Virus record (IMG/VR): IMGVR_UViG_3300038365_000082
Coordinates: 1 to 48,561 of that record
Source: a virus
Direction: 5' to 3' (one strand)
Length of the DNA: 48,561 nucleotides
The notes under the pieces are model-generated. The model searched no databases. It was not told the origin of the DNA and saw only the letters and a list, made by a program, of their open reading frames with translations. Both the position numbers and the translations under genes were made by a program. This document shows positions 9,330 to 19,100 of this stretch, piece by piece (position 1 is the first letter of the stretch; the number at the start of each line of letters is the position of its first letter).

Positions 9330-9677
9330 TCACGCCTGCGGGCCGGCGATGTATGCACACATTGTGACGGCGTTGTCCTTACCGGCGCCGGCAACCTGGT
9401 CGATCTCGACGGTCACGACGATCTGCGTCTTGGTCTGCGTCTTGATGTACCACGCGGCGATCTTGGTGGTCGCGGACCCCTCGCCGGGAGTCAGGAGCGG
9501 CGTGCCCGCGATTGCCGGAATCTGGTCGTAGTTGTTGACCAGGTCGAACGTCAGGTCGACGGTGGTCGCGGCTGCGCCGGTCGTGTTGGAGACCTGCCAG
9601 TATTCTGCGGACAGTGCGGCCCCGGGAACGAGATTGCCGGGGAAAACGGAGAGTTTTTTGGTAGTAGTCTGAACCAT
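9330..9677 (-). CDS. Small structural (capsid decoration-like) protein
   Basis: 115 aa Thr/Ala-rich, directly after the MCP gene. Confidence 0.6.
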   Translation of the reverse strand: MVQTTTKKLSVFPGNLVPGAALSAEYWQVSNTTGAAATTVDLTFDLVNNYDQIPAIAGTPLLTPGEGSATTKIAAWYIKTQTKTQIVVTVEIDQVAGAGKDNAVTMCAYIAGPQA

Positions 9678-9688
9678 GTGCGATCACC

Positions 9689-10864
9689 TCAGATGTTGTA
9701 TGCTTTCAGGTACTTCCCCCACTTGCCGCCGGAGCGGTCGGCGCAGCAGTAGTAGTCGCCCATGACCCACTCGTCGGAGAGTCCGCGGCGGCCGAGCGGG
9801 AGGAGGAATGGCGGCGCGAGCGACGGGATGATGTGCGCCCGCTTGTTGAGGATGTGGACGTCCCCCTCGTCCCCCGGAGTGAACGAACCGCCCCAGTCTG
9901 CCTGGGTCTTGACGTTGTGGCTCGGGATGACCGGGACGCCCCAGATTGTGAGCCGCTCGGCACCGTAGTTGACCTCCCTCTGCCCGACCTCGGTCCGGCC
10001 GTGGACGTTGATCTCGTTGTCGAGCTCATCATGGATGTCGTAGGACGTGCCGATGATCAGATCCTTCGGGTTGACGTTGTAGGTCTTGCAGAGGTCTTTT
10101 ATCTCGGCCTTGATATCCTTCAGGAGCGCATCGGTGCCGGAAAGCGAGACGCTGGACTTGTCGACCACCATGCCGCCTGCAGTCAGGGCCGTCGAGAATC
10201 CCTTGGGGGCCTGAGCGTCGCCGAGACCGAAGTCCGTCTTTGCCTGCGAGGGGTCGCCGTAGAGCATCGCCTGCTCCTTGAGCTGCATGTTCTCGGCGAA
10301 CCGGATGCCGAGCGCGGTGTCCCGGAGGCTGAACTGGTGTTCGGCGGCACGCTGCCCAAAGTCCGTGACGGACACGACATCTGCCTGGATCGTCATCGCC
10401 TCCGATACCTCGCCGGCGGTGAACCCGGAGGGAGTCTTGGTGGTGACGTTCGCGCTCTCGGTCTCGCTCAGGAACCCGATCGGGTGGGCGCGGTTGGCAA
10501 TGTTCATCCCCTTGAAGTAGGGCCCCTGCCACCCGACGATTGCGATCTCGTAGAGGAGCGGGGTGTCGGTGCGGAGGATGTCGAGGATCTCGGGGTCGTA
10601 GACGAGCGGGATGCCGGCCGCGACGGTGGACGACGTGGCTGCCCCCTTGCTCCGCTCCGGGGTCTCGCTCTTCTCAAAGGCTTCTGTGATCCGCTTTACG
10701 ACGAATCCCTTTGCCGCCTCGCGGTTTTCTTTGCGGGCGAACTTGTTCTGCACGCTCTCGGTGACTCCGCCCTCGCCAGAGGGGGAGAAACCGTGGTTCT
10801 TCCAGAAATGCCGGTATACTTCTCCCGGGTCAGTGAACCCGAGGGTCTCTGCGATTGTTGCCAT
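9689..10864 (-). CDS. Major capsid protein (HK97 fold), virus A
   Basis: 391 aa after the prohead protease; archaeal-virus-type features (EQAMLYGD, L.IWGVPVIPS). Confidence 0.8.
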   Translation of the reverse strand: MATIAETLGFTDPGEVYRHFWKNHGFSPSGEGGVTESVQNKFARKENREAAKGFVVKRITEAFEKSETPERSKGAATSSTVAAGIPLVYDPEILDILRTDTPLLYEIAIVGWQGPYFKGMNIANRAHPIGFLSETESANVTTKTPSGFTAGEVSEAMTIQADVVSVTDFGQRAAEHQFSLRDTALGIRFAENMQLKEQAMLYGDPSQAKTDFGLGDAQAPKGFSTALTAGGMVVDKSSVSLSGTDALLKDIKAEIKDLCKTYNVNPKDLIIGTSYDIHDELDNEINVHGRTEVGQREVNYGAERLTIWGVPVIPSHNVKTQADWGGSFTPGDEGDVHILNKRAHIIPSLAPPFLLPLGRRGLSDEWVMGDYYCCADRSGGKWGKYLKAYNI

Positions 10865-10873
10865 TGCTGTACC

Positions 10874-11836
10874 TCACGGTATGATAAAGTCGGCCCTTGT
10901 GGTCGACTCGGCGTTCGTCTGCGATTCCTTGATCTCACGGGCGACGACGATCCCCCGCGGCCCCTTGCTCCGGGTCGCGACGGCCTTCGTCACGGCAGTC
11001 TTGATCTCGTCGAGAACGGCGAGCGACTTGAGTGCCTCGGTGATCGGCGCGAGTGCCTTGCCGATCTCGTCGGCGACGATCTGCCGGATCTGCGCCTCGT
11101 CGAGGACCTCATAGGACTTCTCTTCGTCCTCTTCCTCGTCTTCCTCAGGGGGCTCCTCCTCCGGCTGTTTTTCCTCTTCTTCCTCGGAGGTCTCAGGGGT
11201 CTGCTTCTGCTCCTCCTCTTCCTCTTCAGTCGGATCTTCGTCAGTCTCTTTGGTCTTGCGCTTCATGTTTTCAGGCTCCAGCCCCACTTTCACGCGCAGG
11301 GCTTTGACGACCGCCGCGAGGGCGACCGAGTTCACTGCGTCCGGGTTCGACGGGATGCCGACGGCGGAGACCTCCCAGAGAGAGACCTCGTCGAAGATGA
11401 GCCCCCCGTTGTCCTTGCTCCGGGACTTTGTGATCCCGAACCCGACGGAGAACCCCATCGGGAGCCCCGCCTCGATCTTGCGGGCGAGCTCCATCGCGGG
11501 CCAGTTGTCCGGCTCCAGGAACGCGGTGCCGTAGAGGGTGCTCCCCTCGATCTCGCCGTCGATCCACGCGCCGAGCATATCGAGCGCCCCGTACAGGCGA
11601 GCGCCGGACTCCCGGAATCCGTGGTCGAGGTAGAGCGGGACTTTGCCGCTCTTGAGCCCGGCGAGCATCGACTCGAGTCCGGCGGGCGAGAACTCGTCAC
11701 CGTCCCGGTCCTCAGTGGTGGAGGAGATCGGGACGCGGATAAGGGTCACCTCCGGGCCGCTCTCGACGAGCCGCGCCTTCCAGACCTTCGTCTGTCCGGG
11801 CGGGGCGGCGATCGATTTGGTTTTCAGTTCTGGCAT
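10874..11836 (-). CDS. HK97-family prohead protease with acidic linker / scaffold tail
   Basis: DRDGDEF, LYLDHG, GFSVGF, LWEVSAVGIPSNPDA motifs. Confidence 0.92.
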   Translation of the reverse strand: MPELKTKSIAAPPGQTKVWKARLVESGPEVTLIRVPISSTTEDRDGDEFSPAGLESMLAGLKSGKVPLYLDHGFRESGARLYGALDMLGAWIDGEIEGSTLYGTAFLEPDNWPAMELARKIEAGLPMGFSVGFGITKSRSKDNGGLIFDEVSLWEVSAVGIPSNPDAVNSVALAAVVKALRVKVGLEPENMKRKTKETDEDPTEEEEEEQKQTPETSEEEEEKQPEEEPPEEDEEEDEEKSYEVLDEAQIRQIVADEIGKALAPITEALKSLAVLDEIKTAVTKAVATRSKGPRGIVVAREIKESQTNAESTTRADFIIP

Positions 11837-11937
11837 CTCTGATCACCTATTTGCTCTCTGAGGGGATGGGTTCAGTCCGGTCGGAGGCCATCGGGCCGGA
11901 CTAGACACCATCAGACGCCTCCGGCCCGGCCGCCATC

Positions 11938-12339
11938 TTACACTCCAGCTGCCATCGCCCATCCGAGGATCTCGCTCTCTGCCGACGCCAGGTACACTCT
12001 CCCGGCGTCCGTGAGGACCTGTCGGCTTCCCCGCCGTTCCAGGTACTCGGGCGACGGCAGCGCCCACCAGACCACTTTCTCCCGGTATTCATACTCGGGG
12101 CGCGTGCCCATCTCGTCCTCGATCTCAACCTGCCGGATATCCCAGCGGCAAAGGATCCTGACGGATCCGTTCTTGACTACGTCGATACCGATCGCCGTCG
12201 GCTCGACGGTGCTTCTAACCAGTTTGGACATTTGATACCCTTCATTTTCAAATTGGATGGTGGTGTACAGCCCGTCTTCCTTGAACTGGCTTTTCTGGCC
12301 GGCTCTGAATGCAGTGATCAGGATCTCCTTGTTGAGCAC
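11938..12339 (-). CDS. Hypothetical protein, probably a fusion of a truncated small protein and a 97-aa gene starting at ATG 12231
   Basis: The 5' part is AT-richer and stays open upstream to about 12420 without a good start; the 3' part starts MSKLVRSTVEP. Confidence 0.55.
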   Translation of the reverse strand: MLNKEILITAFRAGQKSQFKEDGLYTTIQFENEGYQMSKLVRSTVEPTAIGIDVVKNGSVRILCRWDIRQVEIEDEMGTRPEYEYREKVVWWALPSPEYLERRGSRQVLTDAGRVYLASAESEILGWAMAAGV

Positions 12340-12400
12340 ATCCTCAACTCCCCACTTTTTACCGTCAAGAGCAGGTTTCTCATTTGAGAACTCTGAAAAT

Positions 12401-14146
12401 TTAGGATGCGTGGGGCAATCCCTCCTCTAATTGGCGGAGCTCGACGCGGGCGCAAGCGCTCCGAGCGGAATTCGCCGGACCGTTATCCGCCGCCCGGCAG
12501 CCGGGCCCCGCACTCAGCGCATTGCCCCAACCGCCCCCCGCACGCAGGATATTCCCGTTCGCCGTAACGGCGTACAACTGATCTGTGAGATACGTGTCCG
12601 AACTTCCGCTTGTCGCGGACGGTATGAACGCAAGCCCCGCAAGATCGTCGTGGAGCAATCCTGAGATATACCCGGTTGTCGTCGCCATCCCAGTGCCTGC
12701 CTCGTAGGACCCATCGGCCAGCGTGCCTGCCAGAGTGCCGAGACCGTCCCGCCGGATCAGGCGGAAAGCCCCATCAAGGTCGACGTTTGCCCCGATGATG
12801 AATTTCCAGGTGTTCCCGTAAGGGTTTTCGATCCCTCGCCAGCAGACCGGGGTCTGCCCGTTGACTCCATCCCCAGTGCCGGTGCCGTTCTCGGCGAGCC
12901 TGGAGTCGATGTTGTCTGCTCCGGTCAGTTTCCCGGCAAACCCTTCACCGCTTGGCAGATCGACGATCCCCTTGCCGAGTGCGGTCTGAATGTCGAACGT
13001 ACCGTACTCAATATACATCAGGAGTTGGTCCGCACAGTAGCCCCAGAACGATTCGCAGCCGGCGTTGCCGGGCGAGATTCTCGATGCATAGAGTTCGGCA
13101 TCGTCGATGTGGAATCTGCCACTGTTAGGCAGATCCGAATAGGCTACCCCCCCGGTGATAGGGATTTTTCCGGAGGCGGAACCGAGCCGGAACTCCCCGT
13201 TGTAGATGAGCCCGTACGACTCGTAGGCGCCGCCGTACATGTATGGGGCAGGCACTCCTCCGCCGCGCATGTAGAAGTACGGGTGGAGGGAGAACCCCTC
13301 GCGATAAGCGGGGGAGATCCACCACCGGGCGATCCCATCGTCGGCGTCATACTCTCTCTTGACCCAAAATGCGGGCTTCCGGACGAGCACGTCGCCCGCA
13401 GATCCGTCGAGGATCAGGCCGTCTCCCCGGGCATTCGATCCATATGTGATCGTGCCCGTCGCCCGGTCCCGGACGCAGCGCCGCCGTCCTCCGAACGTCG
13501 GGTGGCTGTCGAAGAATCCGAGAGCAATATCTGTGATCTCTTTTCCTGCCGCGTCGATCCGGGCGAGGGTCGGCGAGGTGGAGAGCGTATCCCACTCGAT
13601 CCCGATCACCTCGGCGGGGCACGAGTGCGGGTGCCGCCATGCCGGGGCAGCACCGGGGCCGTTGGTCGTGAGCACCTGCCCAAACTGCCCGGGGGAGAGT
13701 TTCGTCCACGCGGACGCAGTGCCATAGATCACTGCCCCGTGCTCGACTTCGAGCCCTTCTACAGTCGCGACGGGCGCGGACGCCGGGGTCGGATCGATGT
13801 GGATCGCGGTCGCAGAGGTCGCGTATCCGATAGATCGGACCACGTTGCCCGTGCTCGGTTTGGTCTGTGTCAGTGCGCCCGCGGTCGCCGGGGAGATGTA
13901 GACCGCTCCGCCGGGGGTTAGTGCCCATGCGCTGTTCGCTACGTAGCCGAGTTGCAGCACGCGCCCGGTGCCGTTGGCTGCCGCAGTGTCGAGGGCGATT
14001 GCAATGTCGCCAGCGCTCGTCGCCTCCGCGTTTGCCCGCGCGGGATACCACTTGCCGTCGGTGTGCAGGTACACGACCTGCATCGGAGTGACGGCCACTC
14101 CGAACGTCTGCCCGTTGATTGTTACTCCTGACCAGTTTGTAGTCAT
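12401..14146 (-). CDS. Head/tail fibre adhesin with C-terminal C-type-lectin (Mtd/FGE-like) domain
   Basis: WRGIENPYGNTWKF and terminal RAGGGWGNA...AGPGCR...CARVE motifs; ATGA overlap at 14143-14146. Confidence 0.8.
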   Translation of the reverse strand: MTTNWSGVTINGQTFGVAVTPMQVVYLHTDGKWYPARANAEATSAGDIAIALDTAAANGTGRVLQLGYVANSAWALTPGGAVYISPATAGALTQTKPSTGNVVRSIGYATSATAIHIDPTPASAPVATVEGLEVEHGAVIYGTASAWTKLSPGQFGQVLTTNGPGAAPAWRHPHSCPAEVIGIEWDTLSTSPTLARIDAAGKEITDIALGFFDSHPTFGGRRRCVRDRATGTITYGSNARGDGLILDGSAGDVLVRKPAFWVKREYDADDGIARWWISPAYREGFSLHPYFYMRGGGVPAPYMYGGAYESYGLIYNGEFRLGSASGKIPITGGVAYSDLPNSGRFHIDDAELYASRISPGNAGCESFWGYCADQLLMYIEYGTFDIQTALGKGIVDLPSGEGFAGKLTGADNIDSRLAENGTGTGDGVNGQTPVCWRGIENPYGNTWKFIIGANVDLDGAFRLIRRDGLGTLAGTLADGSYEAGTGMATTTGYISGLLHDDLAGLAFIPSATSGSSDTYLTDQLYAVTANGNILRAGGGWGNALSAGPGCRAADNGPANSARSACARVELRQLEEGLPHAS

Positions 14147-14164
14147 TCGATCTGCTCCTGCTTG

Positions 14165-14271
14165 CGCCACTCGTAGAGAGTGGCTTTTGATATGCCGAGA
14201 TGTTCTGCGGTCTGGTTCTTGCTCATGGTCTGCTCCATGCGGAGGAGGAGGTCTTTTAGCGATTCATGCGG
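14165..14271. repeat. 107-bp direct repeat, extra copy of the portal 3' end
   Basis: Exact match to 16195-16301. Confidence 0.97.
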
Positions 14272-14851
14272 CCGCCCGCATAGGTGAATCAGGCCAGACC
14301 ACATCTTCCGGCGTTGCAAACGCCTGTGGGATATCCCGGAGTGCCTGCCGGTAGTTTCGCCATGCTGTCTTCTGCTCTTCGGTCAACGGAGCGTCAGCGA
14401 CCTGCGTCCAGTCGCACGCAGTCAGGAGAACGTTCCGGCGGGACCGGATGTCAGCCCACTTCTCCTCTTCAGTCGGATGATACTCGCGGGGACAGTATTC
14501 GAGTTCTGTGTCAACGACCAGGAACTCCTGATAATCGCGGTTGCCGGGAGCAACCGGGATACTCGCCCCATCAGACCGCCGGATGGATGACCCGTATCGT
14601 TCGTCAACCACGACGAGGTAATCTGACGGCGTATACGGCGTGATGTCGGCAAGCGCAACCAGGCCGACTTCTTCCGTGATGATCGGCTGCGTTTCTCCTG
14701 CCTCGTCTGGTTCAGAGGGTTCTGTGAACGTCTCTACGAGTACCCGATAGAGTTCAGGTGCGAAGTCAGCAGGGAGTTCGTCTACTTCCAGCGTGCCACC
14801 GGGATACGTCAGAACGTTCCCCGATATCGAAATGATGTGATAGTAAGGCAT
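14264..14851 (-). CDS. Tail fibre assembly chaperone
   Basis: C-terminal W..IR..RN.LL...DWTQ..DAPL......W..YRQALRDIP motif. Confidence 0.88.
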   Translation of the reverse strand: MPYYHIISISGNVLTYPGGTLEVDELPADFAPELYRVLVETFTEPSEPDEAGETQPIITEEVGLVALADITPYTPSDYLVVVDERYGSSIRRSDGASIPVAPGNRDYQEFLVVDTELEYCPREYHPTEEEKWADIRSRRNVLLTACDWTQVADAPLTEEQKTAWRNYRQALRDIPQAFATPEDVVWPDSPMRAAA

Positions 14852-14853
14852 GG

Positions 14854-16176
14854 TTACAACTCCGAACTAGCGGTGATCGTCGTCGTCGCCTGCGCGTTGT
14901 GGGTCAGATTAAACCCGGTCGCCGTGATGTTTGAGGTCGTACCGGCGCTCGCGGTCATTGTCGGAGCGACCCGCATCGGCGGCCACAACGGCACGTAGAT
15001 CCGGCCATTCTCGGTCTGCTGAGTCCACGTGCGGTAGTATCGCTGGCACAGCGCCAGTTCCTCCGCAATCGGGCGCGGGGCGAACGGGAGCGGCTTGTCT
15101 CCGATGTTCGGTTGAACCTGGGCAAAGGATATATTGGAGACTGCGCCACCATGAAAAATACGTAATCCGAGATATGAACCTACTCCAACTGTTTTCCCTG
15201 AAATTGACGGGACAGCAAATGTAACGACATGTCGCTGCCAGGTTTCACTAAACGTTTGTCCTCCTATCGGAGTAGTAACTTGACTGCTGCCACCCGTTCC
15301 AAAATTTTGGAATATATATATGCTCCCGCTTTGCGGGACTGACGATTTGGCATAGAATGATAGGGTGACGACTTGTCCCGCAAATGTTCTTACATCCTCA
15401 ACGCGAGTCTCCAGAGTCACCAGCGTCCCCGCAGCAGTAATATTCATGTTCAAATAATATCCCGGATTATGTGGGACTTCAGTTTGACCGGGAGTAAACG
15501 GTTCACGAGTGATTGTAACCGAACTACCTACACTGGAATAAGATAACCACCTATCAGCATGATACGCAGTAATTGCTTCAAGTGTAAAACTCGTCCCCCT
15601 CTGCCAGATATCGAAATTCCCGTTGATGATGGCGTTCCGATATAGGCCATCCGGCAGATCTGCCCACGCCGGGTCGGCGTCCGGGCCGCCGGTCTGAAGC
15701 ACCTGCCCCTCGGTGCCGGGGGCGAGAGGCGCCCACGCGACCCCGTTGTGCGCGAGGAGATCGCCCCGGGTGCCCGTCGGGAGGTCCAGGGAGAGGTATT
15801 CCGCGAGGACCGGGTCCGTCGGCGAGAACCAGAGGGCGTCGGCCGCTGTCGGATATCCGGCATACCGGATCGTGTTCCCGACCGGCTTCGTCTGCGTAAG
15901 GGTGCCTGGGGTCGCGCCGAAATAGACCGGCTGCCCGAGGGTCCAGGTCCACCCGGTGCGCCGGATCCATCCGTATTTCAGGAGCCGCCCCTCTCCGTCG
16001 GCGACGACGCTCGTCTCGACACAGAGCGCCATGCCCCCCCGGGAGAGCAGCGGATCGCTCGCGTCCGCTCGATACCATTTTCCGTCCGCCGCGAGGCAGA
16101 ACGGAACGCCGTATGCGTCCGCAACTGTCTCGCCGAACGTCTGTTCGCCGATGACTGCTCCGGTGCGCTCACTCAT
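14854..16176 (-). CDS. Head/tail fibre protein with carbohydrate-binding (jelly-roll) C-terminal domain
   Basis: NAIINGNFDIWQRG...ADRW...RPIAEELALCQRYY motifs; N-terminus homologous to 12401..14146. Confidence 0.8.
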   Translation of the reverse strand: MSERTGAVIGEQTFGETVADAYGVPFCLAADGKWYRADASDPLLSRGGMALCVETSVVADGEGRLLKYGWIRRTGWTWTLGQPVYFGATPGTLTQTKPVGNTIRYAGYPTAADALWFSPTDPVLAEYLSLDLPTGTRGDLLAHNGVAWAPLAPGTEGQVLQTGGPDADPAWADLPDGLYRNAIINGNFDIWQRGTSFTLEAITAYHADRWLSYSSVGSSVTITREPFTPGQTEVPHNPGYYLNMNITAAGTLVTLETRVEDVRTFAGQVVTLSFYAKSSVPQSGSIYIFQNFGTGGSSQVTTPIGGQTFSETWQRHVVTFAVPSISGKTVGVGSYLGLRIFHGGAVSNISFAQVQPNIGDKPLPFAPRPIAEELALCQRYYRTWTQQTENGRIYVPLWPPMRVAPTMTASAGTTSNITATGFNLTHNAQATTTITASSEL

Positions 16177-19100
16177 TCGATCCCCTCCGATTTCCGCCAC
16201 TCGTAGAGAGTGGCTTTTGATATGCCGAGATGTTCTGCGGTCTGGTTCTTGCTCATGGTCTGCTCCATGCGGAGGAGGAGGTCTTTTAGCGATTCATGCG
16301 GTCGGCCGTGCTCCAGCAGGACAGCGGCCTGTTTGGTCAGCGGTTCGAGGGTCAACCCCTTGACGCCGCGGAGCTCCTGCGCCGTGTCGGGGAGGTCGTC
16401 CTTCAAACTCAAGCGCTGATCGCACATGCAGTTAAACGGCTGGTCCTCGCCGACGACGTAGCACTGTTTCGGGTAGTCCTTCGGCTGCCCCTTCGCCCCG
16501 GTTGCCGGGACGACGAACGACTCGCGGACCGGGACCGTGACCCCGTCCATGACGCTGTGCCACTGGCGAGACCGGCCGGGGATCTTGCGTGCTCGCCAGG
16601 TCTTGCCCTTGAGCAGGTGCTCCGTCTCCTCTGCAAGCGCCTGCTTGCCGTAGCGCTGCGCCCCCATGATCTCCGTCCGGGCAACGAGCCAGGCGTGGTC
16701 GCTCGTCATGCCGGAGACGTCGCGCTGCAGGGCGAGCCAGGCGTCGCTGACATTGCCGCCCCGCTCGACCACTCCGGTGAGCGAGGTGCGGACGAGATCC
16801 CGGATCGAGTCCTCGACGCCGCGCATGTTCCGCGCCGCCCTCTGCTGGAGGAGGCGGAACGCGAAGGTCTGCGTGACATCGAAGTCTTTGACGATCGTGA
16901 CCCGGTAGAGCCCCTTACCGACCCTGGACTCGAGTTCCTCCTCCAGCCGGCGGGATTCGAGATCAATCCCGTGCCGGAGGGCATCGGCGCGAGGTTCGGC
17001 GGTGGCGGCGAGGAGGTCCTCGGCGATCGTGATCTGGTCGAGGACCGCGTCGAGGTCTACGAGCGGTTTCGCGCCGTCCTCGCTCCGCTCCGCCGGGAAC
17101 GCCGCCTCGATTGCCGGCCGGAGGCCCTGGAGCGCGTCGTCGAACACCCCAGCCACCCGGCGGTGCAGCGCCTCAATCCGGCTCCGCCACTCCTCCGGCT
17201 CGTCGTCCGGCGCGGCTTTGAGGTCCACAAGCGCCTTCGTCACGGGGCTCTGTGCAGCGAGCAGGAGCCCGCCGCCGTAGAGCGGCTCGGGGGCGTTCTC
17301 GATGCCGACGAGTTCGCGGGCGAACCACTCCGGATGCATCCGGACGAGGGAGTCGACGAGCGCGAGCGGCATGTCGCCCCACGGCACCGGCTCCTCGCCA
17401 CGCTCGACGAGGATGCGGTTCGGGGTGCTGAGGCCGAGCCGGAGGTCGCTCTCCTGCTCCGCCCGCTTCTGCCGCTCGATGATCGGGTTGTGCGGGTCCC
17501 ACCGGAACTCAATCTCGCCGTCGACATCCCAGTACGCCTCCAAAAATGGGAGAATTGAACGGTTGATCGCCCCGGCGAGGAGTTCGAGGAGCGGGACCGT
17601 GGTGCGCCGCCAGACCGCTTCTGCCTGCTCCTGGGCAGTGTTCCCCTGAACGGCGACACACCCGTTCCTTCGCGTGACGTAGAATCCGGTGCTGGTGGAG
17701 AAACAGTAGACAAATCCTGTATAGGGCTCCAACCGCGGGCGGTAGACCGTCCTCTCGTGGTCTTCCCGGATGAGAATGCGGTAGCATGTCTGCCGCCGCT
17801 CGTCGCCATCATAGTGGACCGTCCGTTTCGTCCCATATCCCAGTTTGAACGCGAGCTCCTGGATGTCATCGGCGAGCCCCGGACTGGTGGTGGAGTAGTA
17901 ACCGCAGGCGCGGTTCTCCCGGGCGTCCCAGCTGCCGTCGCCAGCCATGAGGGCCTCGAACAAGGGGCGTAGCCTGTCGGGCGGCAGGTTCAGGCACGGG
18001 CGCGGGATCCGCTTCTCGCCGCAGTAGGCCCCGATGCTATCGAACAGGGGTTCTATCAGATGGTCGCCGTAAACATTCCAGCGCGTGGTGTTGTCACGGA
18101 CGTCCTGATACTCCCGATACTCCGCCCCGACTGCTTTCAGTACCCGGCGGATCTCTGCCACATTCTCCGAGTTCTTGTTGCTCTGGGTCAGGGTCATCAC
18201 AGAGTAGCCTAGGAGACGGTCAGACCGCACCTTCCGCTTCTTCCCCATGGCACGGTGAACGCTGCTCAGCCCGCCTTCGCTGATCGCCCATCCTAGGAAC
18301 CGCAGGTAGTCATCGGAGATCTCCATGTCTTCCCCGACCCACGCATCCGCCCCACTCTTGACGTTCACGCGGGATGCGCCAACCAGATCCTTTGCTGGCG
18401 CGACTTTCCAGGCGCGGGGGACGATCTTGGGGCGAGGCCCTCTCGGCGTGTTGTTTTGCGTTTTCCCGCCGCGATAGAGGATCTTGTGCTCCTGTGTGAT
18501 CAGGATGTCTTGGCCGTTGCTCGCGAACCTCACCAGAGCCTCATCGGCATAATACACGTGCAGGGGGCCGGGCACCTCCAGGCGGCACTCGCCTGTCTCC
18601 GGGTCGTGGACCACGATCCGCTCTCCTGGCACCACGTCCGGGTGCAGCTTCCAGCCGTTTTCGGTGAGGACCTCGGTATCCTCGCTGTAGCAGCTGCGGT
18701 TGACATCCTGGACGTAGCCGACCTCGTTTGCTGAGACACCGAAGCACATCCAGACGAGATTATTATACCACTCCTGCGAGGCGAGAAACTCCAGTTCTTT
18801 CGGTGATGCCCGGAATGGAATCCAGGTGGCGTCGGTGGAGTTCATCAGGGCGAGTTTGTGCGGCCTGCCGACGATCTCCTCTTTCCAGTACTCCCGAAAC
18901 CGGGTCAGGTTGTCATTTGACAAACCGGGGAGGTTCAGGATGCCCTCCGGCACTTCGTTCTGCGGGAAATATTTGAGGTTGCTGATGTCTTGGTTGAGCA
19001 GGATCTCGATGAGCCGGTGCGCCATCTGCACCCGGCTCCACCCGTACTGCCGGTCCGTCGAGGGGTTCTCTTCAATCCACACGATCTGGTCGCGGGAGAA

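Noticed and set aside
11120-11260. Low-complexity (TCC/TCT)n tract
   Set aside because: Encodes the Glu/Asp-rich linker of the protease/scaffold, a common feature.
9833-11842. 669-aa plus-strand ORF
   Set aside because: Antisense shadow of the MCP and protease genes, expected in high-GC DNA; no motifs. The same applies to 4741-6198, 16296-17558, 13025-13921 and most other overlapping ORFs in the track.
11938-14146. Intact diversity-generating retroelement
   Set aside because: No reverse transcriptase motif (YxDD in RT context), intact avd or AAC-rich template repeat was seen in the window.
14165-16301. Invertible shufflon-type tail-fibre switch
   Set aside because: The repeats are direct, not inverted, and no invertase gene is present.
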